DNA of 52,889 bases from Gemmatimonadota bacterium (GTDB lineage Bacteria; Gemmatimonadota; Gemmatimonadetes; Gemmatimonadales; GWC2-71-9). A model generated the notes under the pieces. It was not told the DNA's origin. It saw nothing but the letters and a program-made list of their open reading frames with translations, and searched no databases. Shown piece after piece: positions 37,934 through 48,568 of the stretch. Position numbers and translations under genes: made by a program. Numbering within the stretch: the stretch's first letter is position 1; every line of letters begins with the position of its first letter. Location: NCBI GenBank assembly GCA_039588295.1, contig JBDHAB010000013.1, positions 1 to 52,889 of the forward strand, in the 5' to 3' direction.

Positions 37934-38776
37934 GTGGCATTCGCGCCGAATCCCTCCTCGTCGCGTCGCGATACTCTCGCTTTCGTCATCTGTCTGGTCG
38001 TCTCGATTGCCGCGCGTCTTGCCCCGCCGCCGGCGCAGCAGGCGGTGGCCACCGCGGTGACGGAGACGGCGTTGTCCCCGTTCCTGTTTCTCCAACAGCA
38101 GTCTGAGCTGATCAAGGCGTCACGCGGTCGGTACGCGCGGGTGGCGAGTCTTCGCGATTCCGTGCTTCTCCGGGCGCTGGACGCGACGGCGCTCGAAGAG
38201 GAGAACGAGCGACTGCGGGACCTGCTGGGTCTCTCAGCCCGGCTGCGCATCGGTCATGTATCGGCGGAGGTCCTGCATCAGGCGTCCGCGGCGAGCGGTC
38301 TCTTGGCCATGGTCTCCGCGGGTAGGGATGACGGGGTGGAGCCGAAAGACCCGGTGGTTGCGTCGGACGGGCTCGTGGGCGTGATCCAGGACGCCGGGGC
38401 GACCACCGCGACCATGCTGCTCTGGACCCATCCCGACTTCCGCGTGAGCGCGATGACCCGGGACGGCTCGGTCTTCGGCATTGCGGCTCCTCGAGGGAGC
38501 GCAGGTCCAAACACGATGCTCATGGAGCTGCGCGGGGTGGCGTACGGGGATCTCGTGGACCCGGGCACGGTGGTCTATACGTCCGGCCTCGGTGGAACCG
38601 GTGGGGTGTACCCGCGGGGTGTCCCCATCGGAACGGTGATGGCCGTGTCAGAGGAGCGGGAGGGGTGGTCCCGGACCTACGTGGTGCGGCCGGCGGTGCA
38701 CCCGGCGTCCCTCACGCATGTGGTGGTACTCACCGGCACGGCGCCCGATGTCGGTGGGGCGTTCAACGTCCAATGA
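37934..38776 (+). CDS. mreC: Rod shape-determining protein MreC
   Basis: N-terminal TM, EENERLRDLL coil and TSGLGG..YPRG motif; synteny. Confidence 0.9.
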   Translation: MAFAPNPSSSRRDTLAFVICLVVSIAARLAPPPAQQAVATAVTETALSPFLFLQQQSELIKASRGRYARVASLRDSVLLRALDATALEEENERLRDLLGLSARLRIGHVSAEVLHQASAASGLLAMVSAGRDDGVEPKDPVVASDGLVGVIQDAGATTATMLLWTHPDFRVSAMTRDGSVFGIAAPRGSAGPNTMLMELRGVAYGDLVDPGTVVYTSGLGGTGGVYPRGVPIGTVMAVSEEREGWSRTYVVRPAVHPASLTHVVVLTGTAPDVGGAFNVQ

Positions 38777-39270
38777 TCATTCTGCAGGAGCGCTACCGGA
38801 TTGCGGTGATCCTGCTGCTGCTGATGGCCCTGCATTTCATTCTGCGGCCATTTCTCGGTGATTCCCGTGTGGCGCCCGACCTCCTGCTGCTCGCGTTGCT
38901 CGTGTTCGCGATCAGAGGGCGACCGCGTGACGGGGCAATCGGTGGTTTCGTTGTTGGCCTGGTCGCCGATTCGCTGACGCCCGTGGCGTTCGGGGCGGGC
39001 ATGCTGGCCCATACGTGTGTCGGGTATCTGGCGGCGTGGGGCAAAGCGGTCTTCTTCGCGGAGAGCGTGCTCGTGAGCGCCGGCTTCTTCTTCGCGGGCA
39101 CGTGGCTGCGCGACCTGCTCGTGCTCGTGACCGGTCGCCATATGGCCGAGTCGGCACTGCTCTGGCAGCTCGTCGTATGGTCACCGCTCAAGGCGCTCAC
39201 GACCGCGGTAGCCGGGATCCTGGTGCTCCTCCTGTTCCGGCGCTGGCTGCAGATTAGAATTGTGACATGA
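38773..39270 (+). CDS. mreD: Rod shape-determining protein MreD
   Basis: Hydrophobic, PDLLL motif, between mreC and mrdA. Confidence 0.88.
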   Translation: MIILQERYRIAVILLLLMALHFILRPFLGDSRVAPDLLLLALLVFAIRGRPRDGAIGGFVVGLVADSLTPVAFGAGMLAHTCVGYLAAWGKAVFFAESVLVSAGFFFAGTWLRDLLVLVTGRHMAESALLWQLVVWSPLKALTTAVAGILVLLLFRRWLQIRIVT

Positions 39271-41150
39271 GCTGGCAGAACTCCCCGGATATCGCGCGGC
39301 GGGCGGGGGTTGGGCGCACCATCCTGCTGGCGGTCTTCGCTGTGCTGACCCTGACGTTCTTCCGCGTGCAGGTCGTGCGTTCCGATCGGTACCGATTGGT
39401 GTCGGAAGAGAATCGCTTGCGAACGGTCGCGATCATCGCGCCGCGGGGTCTCGTGATCGACCGGAACGGTGTGGTCCTCGCCGAGAACGTCCCCGGGTAT
39501 TCCGTGGCACTTCTGGCCCCATCGCCCGGGTCCCTTGGCGTGATGCTCGATCGGCTCCAGCCGATTCTCGCGACGGACTCAGCCACGCGGGCCTCCGTGT
39601 TTCAACGATACCGCCGAGCCCCTACCGAACCGGTGGTGATTCGCCGTGACGCGCCATTCGAGATGGTGTCGGCGCTCGAAGAGTTGCGACCCTGGAATCC
39701 GGGTCTCGTGATACAAAGCGATCCCAAGCGGCGGTATCCCTTCGGCGACGTGACGGCGCACCTGGTTGGCTATGTGGGAGAAGTGACCGAGCAGGAACTG
39801 GAGGACCGGGACTATCCCGGGGCTCGCATCGGGACGTTGGTGGGGCGAGACGGGCTCGAACGGCGCTATGACGACCGGCTGCGGGGACGAAACGGCAAGA
39901 AGTTCGTCGAGAAGGACGCGCTCGGTCGCACCGTGCGGGAGGCCGGCCAGGAATCGATGCTCGAGCCCCAGCCGGGCGAGACGATTCGTAGCACCGTCGA
40001 CGTGGAGCTGCAGCAGTTCGTGGCCGCCACGTTCCCTGCCGGGCGGCGGGGCGCAGTCGTCGTAATGGACCCACGCAGCGGGGAGATTCTCGCGCTGTAT
40101 TCGGCACCGAGCTACGATCCCAATCTGTTCATTGGCGGTATCGACCCCGAGCAATGGCTAGAGCTCTCGCAACGCCGTGACTTCCCGCTGTTCAACCGCG
40201 CAACTCAAGCGCGGTATGCTCCTGCGTCGCCGTGGAAGCTGGCAGTGGCTGCGATGGCGCTGCGTCGGGGGATCGTGGATATCAACTCTCGCATGAAGTT
40301 TCCGTGCCGCGGCGGAATGCAATACTACAATCGGTACTTCCGCTGTTGGCGAGCCGAGGGACACGGCGATCTCACGCTCGCTGAGGCGATCCAGTATTCC
40401 TGTGACGTGTACTTCTACCAACTGGGTCTCAACGTCGGCCTGACCGCTCTGCTGCAGGATGCGATCGCGTTGGGATTCGGCGATCCCTCCGGTATCGATC
40501 TGCCAAACGAGTACCCTCCCATCTTCCCGGCGTCGACCGACTACTACAACGAGCGCTATGGCCGGCGCGGTTGGACCAGTGCCGTAACGCTCAACCTGGC
40601 AATCGGGCAGGGTGAGAATACGCAGACCCTCATCAACATGGTTCGCTTCTACGCGATGTTGGCGCACCCGCGCGGCATCGCATTCGTGCCAAGACTGGTC
40701 GCTGGTAACGGAGGGGAACCGCGGTCGCTCGACCTATCTGAGAGTGCCCTGGCCGATCTTCGCGCCGCGCTGGTTGCGGTCGTCGATCGGGGCACCGCCG
40801 CAGGGGCCCAGATCGCCGATCTGCGCATCGCCGGAAAGACGGGCACCGCGCAGAATGCCCACGGCCTGGACCATGGGTGGTTCATCGGATTCGCCCCGGC
40901 GGACAATCCCCGGGTGCTCGTGGGTGCCATTGTGGAGTATGCGGAACACGGGTCGGCCGTAGCGCCGCTGGCAACGCGGATCATGGCCCGTCACCTGCTT
41001 GGCCCGGATGCCGTGGCCAGCAGGGGTGGATACCGGATCGAGACCCCAGCAGACTCGGCTCCAGAGTCGATCCCGATTCTCCCGGATACCGCTCTGCTGC
41101 GGGCGCCATCCCAGGACTCTGCACGCGGTGCAGCGGCACGGACTCGATAG
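39267..41150 (+). CDS. mrdA: Penicillin-binding protein 2
   Basis: APRGLVIDRNG, SPWK, SCDVYFY and KTGTAQ motifs. Confidence 0.95.
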   Translation: MSWQNSPDIARRAGVGRTILLAVFAVLTLTFFRVQVVRSDRYRLVSEENRLRTVAIIAPRGLVIDRNGVVLAENVPGYSVALLAPSPGSLGVMLDRLQPILATDSATRASVFQRYRRAPTEPVVIRRDAPFEMVSALEELRPWNPGLVIQSDPKRRYPFGDVTAHLVGYVGEVTEQELEDRDYPGARIGTLVGRDGLERRYDDRLRGRNGKKFVEKDALGRTVREAGQESMLEPQPGETIRSTVDVELQQFVAATFPAGRRGAVVVMDPRSGEILALYSAPSYDPNLFIGGIDPEQWLELSQRRDFPLFNRATQARYAPASPWKLAVAAMALRRGIVDINSRMKFPCRGGMQYYNRYFRCWRAEGHGDLTLAEAIQYSCDVYFYQLGLNVGLTALLQDAIALGFGDPSGIDLPNEYPPIFPASTDYYNERYGRRGWTSAVTLNLAIGQGENTQTLINMVRFYAMLAHPRGIAFVPRLVAGNGGEPRSLDLSESALADLRAALVAVVDRGTAAGAQIADLRIAGKTGTAQNAHGLDHGWFIGFAPADNPRVLVGAIVEYAEHGSAVAPLATRIMARHLLGPDAVASRGGYRIETPADSAPESIPILPDTALLRAPSQDSARGAAARTR

Positions 41151-42417
41151 GTCACTCCTCCTCGCGGTCGGAGGACTGGTCGCACTGGGGCTGCTGACGC
41201 TCTACTCCGCCGGTCAGACGGACGTCCCGTCTGCCGCCACGAGCATCTGGAAGCGACAAGTCATATGGCTCGCCGTCGGTGTGACGGGCGCGGCCGCGGC
41301 GTTCCGCGTGTCACCGCGCGTGCTCGAGTGGGCAACTCCGGCGCTATACGGTGGTGCCGTGCTGTTGCTCGGCGTCACACTCTTCTTCGGTACGGGTGCG
41401 GGCACTGCGGCCGGCGCCACCTCATGGCTTGCCGTGGGTGGCTTTCGACTGGGACAGCCGGCGGAGATTGCCAAGGTGGCAACGGTGCTCATGCTGGCGC
41501 GCCACATGGGTGCGCTGCGTGAGCCGCCGCCGGGACTCGTCAAGCTGCTGCCGACTGTTGCCATCGTGGGAGTGCCGTTTGTGTTGGTGGGCCTCCAGCC
41601 GGACCTCGGCAGCGCCATGGTGTTCTTGGGGATTCTGTTCGCCATGCTATACTGGGTGGGCGTCCGCGTCCGGCTGTTGGTGCTGCTCGCCTCTCCACTC
41701 GTGAGCCTGCTCCTCGCGTTCTCGACGATCTCGTGGGGCGCGTGGATCGTGATCCTGACGGTAGTACTCCTGTGGGTTCGCCCGTACGCCCTGGAGGGCG
41801 TGGCGCTGTGGCTGGTCAATGTCGCGATGGGAGTCATGGCGTTGGAGTTGTGGAAGAACCTCGCGCCGTATCAACAGAACCGTCTTCTGTCGTTCCTCAA
41901 TCCCGAGATCGACCCGCGCGATACCGGATGGAACATCATTCAGTCGAAGGTCGCGATCGGATCGGGTGGCATTTTCGGCAAAGGGTTCACGGCCGGGACG
42001 CAAAAGCGCCTGGCGTTCCTGCCGGAGCAACACACGGATTTCATCTTTTCTGTCCTGGGCGAGGAGTTCGGCTTTGTCGGGGTCGTCGTTTCGCTGGCGT
42101 TGTTCGCCATCCTCCTAGTGGTGTTGCTGCGCATCGCACGCCGGGCAGTGGACGGTTACTCGTCACTCCTCACGGCGGGAGTGATCGGGTTGCTCCTCAC
42201 GCACGTGCTGGTGAACGTGGGAATGACGGTGGGGCTGATGCCGATTGTGGGTATCCCGCTCCCATTCTTCTCCTACGGTGGCTCGTTCTTGCTCGCGTGT
42301 TGCATCGCAATTGGCCTCACACTGCGCGTCGCGTGGGAATCCCGGCTCTCCGGCTACGCGACGAGTCTCGGGGACACAGGGGGGTGGCGTGTCCCCTCGG
42401 CCGGGGCGAGATTCTAG
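41128..42417 (+). CDS. rodA: SEDS glycosyltransferase RodA
   Basis: QPAEIAK, QPDLG, FLPEQHTDFIF and PFFSYGGS motifs; start approximate. Confidence 0.94.
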   Translation: MQRHGLDRSLLLAVGGLVALGLLTLYSAGQTDVPSAATSIWKRQVIWLAVGVTGAAAAFRVSPRVLEWATPALYGGAVLLLGVTLFFGTGAGTAAGATSWLAVGGFRLGQPAEIAKVATVLMLARHMGALREPPPGLVKLLPTVAIVGVPFVLVGLQPDLGSAMVFLGILFAMLYWVGVRVRLLVLLASPLVSLLLAFSTISWGAWIVILTVVLLWVRPYALEGVALWLVNVAMGVMALELWKNLAPYQQNRLLSFLNPEIDPRDTGWNIIQSKVAIGSGGIFGKGFTAGTQKRLAFLPEQHTDFIFSVLGEEFGFVGVVVSLALFAILLVVLLRIARRAVDGYSSLLTAGVIGLLLTHVLVNVGMTVGLMPIVGIPLPFFSYGGSFLLACCIAIGLTLRVAWESRLSGYATSLGDTGGWRVPSAGARF

Positions 42418-42477
42418 GGCCCCGGATCGGCCCGGTTCGGCCACCGCGGCTCACCTGACCCGGATGGAAACGCGCTG

Positions 42478-43335
42478 ATGTCTTGGTTTCGCAAAGAACG
42501 TCGTAAGCGTGCCTCGCAACGCCAGAAGCTGGAGATCCCGGCGGATGCGTGGGACAAGTGTGAGCGTTGCGGGCACGTTGACATCACCGAGAAGTTCGAC
42601 CGCGCCCTGCAGGTCTGCCCATCGTGCGGACACCACCGACGCATTGCCGCGCAGCGCTACATCGAGTTGCTGACCGATCCGGGAAGCTTCGTCGAGCTCT
42701 ACACGTCGCTTCGGTCAACTGACGCGCTCGAGTTCGAGGGCTACGCGGACCGGTTGAGCCGAGCGCATCGCAAGGTTGGCGACCACGATGGGATGATTGC
42801 CGGTCACGGCACCCTCACTGGTATCGAGCTGAGCCTTGGCGCCATGGAGTTTGCCTTTATGGGGGGCTCGATGGGCTCCGTGGTCGGTGAGAAGGTCGCC
42901 AGGTTGGTGAACCGATCCGTGGAACGCGAGGCCCCGCTCGTCTTGGTCTCGGCGTCGGGGGGTGCGCGGATGCAAGAGGGTGTGCTCAGTCTGATGCAGA
43001 TGGCCAAGACTTCGGCGCTCATGGCACGGCTGCGGGAGACGGAGACGCCGTATATCTCCGTCCTGACCAATCCCACGACCGGTGGCGTGTCGGCATCATA
43101 TGCCATGCAGGGGGACGTCAATGTCGCCGAACCCGGTGCAGTGATCGGCTTCGCCGGTCCGCGCGTGATCAAGCAGACCATTGGCCAGGATCTCCCGGCG
43201 GGGTTTCAGACCTCAGAGTTCCTCGAGGAGCATGGAATGGTCGACGCCGTCGTCCCGCGAGGCGAGCTGCGTGAGACCGTCGCTCGACTGCTCCGGATGA
43301 TGACGGGCGCCGCCCAGGCGGAGGTCACGGACTGA
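42478..43335 (+). CDS. accD: Acetyl-CoA carboxylase carboxyltransferase beta subunit
   Basis: CxxC..CxxC zinc finger; FMGGSMG and SGGARMQEG motifs. Confidence 0.96.
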   Translation: MSWFRKERRKRASQRQKLEIPADAWDKCERCGHVDITEKFDRALQVCPSCGHHRRIAAQRYIELLTDPGSFVELYTSLRSTDALEFEGYADRLSRAHRKVGDHDGMIAGHGTLTGIELSLGAMEFAFMGGSMGSVVGEKVARLVNRSVEREAPLVLVSASGGARMQEGVLSLMQMAKTSALMARLRETETPYISVLTNPTTGGVSASYAMQGDVNVAEPGAVIGFAGPRVIKQTIGQDLPAGFQTSEFLEEHGMVDAVVPRGELRETVARLLRMMTGAAQAEVTD

Positions 43336-44534
43336 CCGCATCGTTCGAGGAGGCTGTCAGCTTCCTCTATCCCCGCACCGCCGGTCGTGCAAAGTGGTCC
43401 CTGGAGCCGACGCGCACGCTGTTGACCCATCTGGGAAACCCCGAGCGACACTTCCGCTCCGTTCATGTCGGGGGCACCAACGGCAAGGGGTCGGTCGCCG
43501 TCCTGGTGGCGGAAGCGCTGCACAGGTTGGGGCAGCGGGTCGCACTCTACACATCACCGCACCTCGTCGATGTCCGTGAACGCATGGTCGTCGATGGCCG
43601 CGCGATTACGAAGGCCGCGTTCACCGCCTGGACGAACGAGCTGCGCCCTGTCGTGCTGGAGGCCGGCGCCAGCTTCTTCGAGGCGACGACCGCCATTGCC
43701 TTCGCCGATTTCGCCGCGCGTGGCGCCGAGATCGCCGTGGTCGAGGTCGGGCTGGGCGGCCGGCTCGACTGCACCAACGTGTTGGATCCCGTGGCGAGCG
43801 TCGTGACCCATGTCGCGTTGGAGCACATGGACTACCTGGGTCCGTCGCCCGAGCATATCGCGGAGGAGAAGGCGGGCATTGCCAAAGCGGAGCGCCCGTT
43901 CGTAATCGGCGAGCGGGAGCCGAAGCTGGTCGATGTGCTCGAGCGGGTAGCCCGCGAGGCAGGCGCCACGGTCGTGCGCGTGCCCCGCGAGCGGATGTAC
44001 GATGGCCCGCTTGGGCTCCAAGGGCCGCATCAGCGTCGCAACGCCGCTGTCGCTGAAACCGTGCTGGAGGTGCTGCCGACCGAGCTCAGACCTGGCGACG
44101 GCATCCGGCGCCGTGCTTTTGCCGGAGCGCGACTACCGGGTCGACTGGATTACCGGGGCAGGTGGCTGTTTGACGTGGCGCACAACCCGAGTGCGATGCA
44201 GGCGCTGGCGCACGCGCTGGCGGCGGCTCCGCCTCCGCGGCCGGTTCACGCGCTGGTCGCGATCCTCGGCGATAAGGACTGGCGCACGATGCTGTCTACG
44301 CTGCGACCGGTGGTCGACACCCTCTGCGTGACCGTCGCGCCATCTGCCCCGAAAGAGCGTCGCTGGGACCTCGGCGCGGTTGCGGATGGAGTCGGGGACC
44401 TCGTGGTCGAAGCCGATTTCGATCGCGCGTTGGCGGATGTGCAACAGCATCCTGGCACGATACTCGTGACAGGGTCGTTCCACACGGTCGGTGACGCAAT
44501 GGCGCGCTTGCCCGGGTTCGCGCCCCTCCCGTAG
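43332..44534 (+). CDS. folC: Folylpolyglutamate/dihydrofolate synthase
   Basis: HVGGTNGKGS, EVGLGGRLDCTN and DVAHN motifs; frame open back to CTG 43332 (ORF track starts at TTG 43422). Confidence 0.93.
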   Translation: MTASFEEAVSFLYPRTAGRAKWSLEPTRTLLTHLGNPERHFRSVHVGGTNGKGSVAVLVAEALHRLGQRVALYTSPHLVDVRERMVVDGRAITKAAFTAWTNELRPVVLEAGASFFEATTAIAFADFAARGAEIAVVEVGLGGRLDCTNVLDPVASVVTHVALEHMDYLGPSPEHIAEEKAGIAKAERPFVIGEREPKLVDVLERVAREAGATVVRVPRERMYDGPLGLQGPHQRRNAAVAETVLEVLPTELRPGDGIRRRAFAGARLPGRLDYRGRWLFDVAHNPSAMQALAHALAAAPPPRPVHALVAILGDKDWRTMLSTLRPVVDTLCVTVAPSAPKERRWDLGAVADGVGDLVVEADFDRALADVQQHPGTILVTGSFHTVGDAMARLPGFAPLP

Positions 44535-44543
44535 ATTGCTGCG

Positions 44544-45860
44544 ATGCACGCCCAGGCACTCCCCGGTTTCCGCGATTTCTTTCCAGACGAAGCGGCCTTT
44601 CGCAACCATATGTTTGCCGTGTGGCGCGATGTCGCAGCGCGCTACGGGTTCGAGGAATACGACGGCCCGCCTCTCGAACCGCTGGAGCTCTACACGCAGA
44701 AGAGCGGTGAGGAGATCGTCGAACAACTCTATGCGTTCGAGGACAAGGGCGGTCGTGCGGTCACGCTGCGGCCGGAGATGACGCCGACCCTGGCCCGGAT
44801 GGTGGCGCAGCGTGCGCGCGCGCTCAAGAAGCCGATTCGCTGGTACTCGATCCCCCAGCTGTTCCGATACGAGCGACAGCAACGAGGAAGACTCCGCGAG
44901 CACTTCCAACTCAATATGGACATCATCGGGGAGCCCGGCGCGCTCGCCGACGCCGAGCTCATCGCGGCCGCGGTCGATATCGTGCGAGGGTTCGGGCTCT
45001 CGTCCGATGATTTCCGGGTTCGCATCTCCGACCGGCGGGTGGCGCACGCCCTGCTCGTGGGACAGCGGCTCTCGGAGCGGCAAATTGAGATCGCGTACGT
45101 CCACATCGACAAGCTCGAGCGTGAGCCGAAGGACCAGCTGGGACAGAACCTGGCCCGGGCGTCCGGGCTTACGGAGGCGGCTGCGGAGCGTGCGTTGGGA
45201 ATCGGGCAGCTCCGAAGCCTGGATGCCCTCGTGGCGGCGCTCGTCGAGAGCGGCGCCGATCCCGACACCGTCGCTCCACTCGGCGAGTGTCTCGAGGCGC
45301 TCGGTGCCATGGGACTTGGTGACTACCTCGAGGTCGATCTCTCCGTGGTCCGGGGGCTCGCCTACTACACGGGGATCGTGTTCGAGCTGTTCGACGTGCG
45401 GCGGGCCTTGCGCGCCATTTGCGGTGGCGGTCGCTACGATGGACTCCTGGCGGCCCTGGGCGGTGTGGACGCACCGGCTGTTGGGTTTGGGATGGGGGAT
45501 GTGGTGTTGGGAGAACTGATCCGCGCCCGCAAACTCGAGCCAAAGGCGGCGCGCCCTCTCGACGCGTTCTTCGTGGCCGTCACGACCGACGATGTGCCGA
45601 CCGTGCTCGAGTTGGTTCACAAGAGCCGCGAACGCGGCCTCTGCATCGAGTACGCGCTCAAGCCGCAGTCGGTGGCGAAGCAACTCAAGCTGGCGGCAGC
45701 GCGGGCGGCACGCCAAGCGATCCTGATCGGGCCGGATGAGCGGGCGCACGGGGCGGCGGTGGTGCGGGACCTCGCGACGGGGCAGGAGCGGCAGGTGCGG
45801 TTCGACGGATTACTCGCGCATGGAGACGAACCCAAATCCGGGAGTACGAGGACGGGATGA
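44544..45860 (+). CDS. hisS: Histidine--tRNA ligase
   Basis: LRPEMT, FRYERQQRGRLREH and VRGLAYYTG motifs. Confidence 0.96.
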   Translation: MHAQALPGFRDFFPDEAAFRNHMFAVWRDVAARYGFEEYDGPPLEPLELYTQKSGEEIVEQLYAFEDKGGRAVTLRPEMTPTLARMVAQRARALKKPIRWYSIPQLFRYERQQRGRLREHFQLNMDIIGEPGALADAELIAAAVDIVRGFGLSSDDFRVRISDRRVAHALLVGQRLSERQIEIAYVHIDKLEREPKDQLGQNLARASGLTEAAAERALGIGQLRSLDALVAALVESGADPDTVAPLGECLEALGAMGLGDYLEVDLSVVRGLAYYTGIVFELFDVRRALRAICGGGRYDGLLAALGGVDAPAVGFGMGDVVLGELIRARKLEPKAARPLDAFFVAVTTDDVPTVLELVHKSRERGLCIEYALKPQSVAKQLKLAAARAARQAILIGPDERAHGAAVVRDLATGQERQVRFDGLLAHGDEPKSGSTRTG

Positions 45861-47302
45861 GCGAGGATCTACGCATCACGCCGCGGTCAGAAGATTTCAG
45901 TGCCTGGTACAACGACGTCATCATGCGCGCGGAACTGGCCGACTACTCCCCGGTGCGCGGGTGTATGGTGATCCGCCCCCGTGGATACCGTATCTGGGAG
46001 CTCATGCAGGGCGCGCTCGACGCGATGTTCCGGGAGACCGGTCATCAGAACGCATACTTCCCGCTGTTCATCCCCGAGGGGTTTCTCGCGAGGGAGGCAG
46101 AACACGTCAAAGGGTTTGCGCCGCAGACGGCGGTGGTGACGCGTGGGGGAGGGAAGGAGCTGGAAGAGCCCCTCGTGGTTCGGCCGACTTCGGAGACCAT
46201 TATCTACGCGATGCTCGCCAAGTGGGTGCAGAGCTACCGCGATCTCCCGGTGTTACTGAACCAGTGGGCCAACATCGTCCGCTGGGAGATGCGTACCCGT
46301 CTGTTCCTGCGGACGACCGAGTTCCTCTGGCAGGAAGGGCACACCGCGCACGCCACGAAAGAGGAGGCAGAGGAGGAAACGCTCCTCATCCTGCGCTTGT
46401 ACAGACGGTTCATGGAAGACTGGATGGCGCTGCCTGTCGTCACGGGCGTCAAGACGGAATCGGAAAAGTTCGCCGGCGCGGTTCGCACGTACGCGTGTGA
46501 GGGTCTGATGCAGGACAACAAAGCCCTCCAGTCGGGCACGACGCACTTCCTGGGTCAGAACTTCGCCCGGGCGTTCGGCACACAGTTCCAGACGGCGGCC
46601 GGCGAGCTCGACTATGTGTGGAGCAGCTCCTGGGGGGTGTCCACCCGCCTGGTCGGTGGACTCATCATGACGCACAGCGACGACGTCGGACTGGTCTGTC
46701 CGCCACGGCTCGCGCCCGTTCAGGTCGTCATCGTGCCGATCTTCCGATCGGACGACGAGCGACAGCGGGTGAGCGGCACCGCGCAGCAACTGGTCGAACA
46801 ACTGCGCGACCACGGACTCCGCGTGGAATTCGACGACCGCGACGGGCTCAAGCCCGGCGCGAAGTACTACGAATGGGAGAGCCGTGGGGTGCCCGTCCGC
46901 CTGGAGGTCGGGCCGCGAGACGTCGAGAAGCAGCAGGCCGTGTTGGCGCGCCGGACCGGAGGCAAGACGCCACTGCCGCTGCACGAGGCCGTTTCGGGAG
47001 TGGCTGCGGCGCTGGAGGATATCCAGGCCGGTCTCTATCAGGCGGCTCGAGAGCGCCGCGACGCCAATACCGTTCGGGACATCACGAAGGACGGCCTCGT
47101 CGAGTTGATGGAGGGACCGGGCGGGTTCGCTTACGGTGGCTACTGCGGTGACGAGGCCTGCGAACTGGAGATCAAGAACCGCACCAAGGCGACGATCCGC
47201 GTGCTCCCGGACGAGGAGTTCCAATCGAGCCAGATGCCGACGACGTGCGTCTGGTGTGGGCGGAAGGCGGTGGCGGAGGCGGTGGGGGCGCGCGCGTACT
47301 GA
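45857..47302 (+). CDS. proS: Proline--tRNA ligase (archaeal/eukaryotic type)
   Basis: RPTSET and FLRTTEFLWQEGHT motifs; no editing insertion; C-terminal Cys domain ending in Y. Confidence 0.96.
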   Translation: MSEDLRITPRSEDFSAWYNDVIMRAELADYSPVRGCMVIRPRGYRIWELMQGALDAMFRETGHQNAYFPLFIPEGFLAREAEHVKGFAPQTAVVTRGGGKELEEPLVVRPTSETIIYAMLAKWVQSYRDLPVLLNQWANIVRWEMRTRLFLRTTEFLWQEGHTAHATKEEAEEETLLILRLYRRFMEDWMALPVVTGVKTESEKFAGAVRTYACEGLMQDNKALQSGTTHFLGQNFARAFGTQFQTAAGELDYVWSSSWGVSTRLVGGLIMTHSDDVGLVCPPRLAPVQVVIVPIFRSDDERQRVSGTAQQLVEQLRDHGLRVEFDDRDGLKPGAKYYEWESRGVPVRLEVGPRDVEKQQAVLARRTGGKTPLPLHEAVSGVAAALEDIQAGLYQAARERRDANTVRDITKDGLVELMEGPGGFAYGGYCGDEACELEIKNRTKATIRVLPDEEFQSSQMPTTCVWCGRKAVAEAVGARAY

Positions 47303-48552
47303 TCGATACTCCGGCGCTGCTCGACGAGATCGCCAGCGCCGTCGGTACGCCGGTCTACGTATATGAAGTGGAGGACATTCGTCGGCAGTACCGCGGTCTC
47401 ACGAGCGCGCTCGGTACGATCCGCCACCGGCTCCATTACTCGCTCAAGGCGAACAGCAACCTGGCGCTGCTCGGGCTGCTCCACGAGCTCGGTGCGGGGG
47501 CAGACGTGGTATCGAGCGGCGAGCTCGTTCGGGCCCTCCGTGCCGGGTTCGCGCCGCACGACGTGGTGTTCAGCGGCGTCGGCAAGACGGAGGCGGAGCT
47601 CGAGGCGGCGCTCGAAGCAGGAATCGGGCTGATCAACGTCGAGTCGGCGGCCGAGTTGCATCTCCTGAGCGACCTTGCCACACGCCGCGGGACCGTGCCC
47701 CGGGTCGGCATCCGCGTGAACCCCGATGTAGCTACCAGGACCCATCCGTACACGCAGACGGGCGAGGCCAACATGAAATTCGGGGTGCCACGTGCGGAGG
47801 TCGTCGACCTCGCACGCTGGGCTGCTGCATCGCCTCACGTCGACCTCAAGAGCATCGGGATGCACATCGGGTCGCAGATCTGTGACGCCGGACGGTATCG
47901 CGAGGGCGCCGATAAACTCGCCGACTTGGTCGAACGACTTCGGGCGGCCGGCATCGAGGGTCTTGAGAGCGTGGACGTTGGCGGTGGCTTGGGTATACGG
48001 TACATGAACGAGGAGCCGCTTGCGCCCGAGGAATACGCCGACGCCATCCGGCCGCTGGCGGACCGCACGGGGCTTCCGCTGCTCATCGAGCCCGGACGTT
48101 TTCTCGTGGGCCAGGCGGGACTGCTACTCACGCGATGTCTCTACCGCAAAGCGACAGGCGGTCGGGACTTCGTGGTTGTCGATGCGGGAATGAACGACCT
48201 GCTCCGACCGAGCCTGTACGGCGCGATGCACGAGATCGTCGTGGTGAATGAGGGCAAACCCAGCGAAGCAAACGCCCGGAGCGACACGATCGTCGATGTG
48301 GTTGGACCGGTATGCGAGTCTGGTGACTTTCTCGGCCTGGAACGCTCCCTGCCCGGCGCCACCCTGGGTGCGCTGCTTGCGGTACTGGACACGGGCGCCT
48401 ACGGATTCAGCATGAGCTCGAGCTACAACTGCCGGCCGCGCGCTGCGGAGGTCATCGTCGATGGGGGACGCTGGTCAGTGGTGCGTGAGCGTGAATCTGT
48501 CGAGGATTTGATGCGTGGCGAGCGGACCTGGGACGAAGTTGGCGTAGCGTGA
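47299..48552 (+). CDS. lysA: Diaminopimelate decarboxylase
   Basis: GTPVYVY, YSLKAN, HIGSQ, EPGR and VGPVCESGD motifs; start uncertain (CTG 47299 proposed). Confidence 0.94.
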   Translation: MIDTPALLDEIASAVGTPVYVYEVEDIRRQYRGLTSALGTIRHRLHYSLKANSNLALLGLLHELGAGADVVSSGELVRALRAGFAPHDVVFSGVGKTEAELEAALEAGIGLINVESAAELHLLSDLATRRGTVPRVGIRVNPDVATRTHPYTQTGEANMKFGVPRAEVVDLARWAAASPHVDLKSIGMHIGSQICDAGRYREGADKLADLVERLRAAGIEGLESVDVGGGLGIRYMNEEPLAPEEYADAIRPLADRTGLPLLIEPGRFLVGQAGLLLTRCLYRKATGGRDFVVVDAGMNDLLRPSLYGAMHEIVVVNEGKPSEANARSDTIVDVVGPVCESGDFLGLERSLPGATLGALLAVLDTGAYGFSMSSSYNCRPRAAEVIVDGGRWSVVRERESVEDLMRGERTWDEVGVA

Positions 48553-48568
48553 CGACTGGAGCCACACG

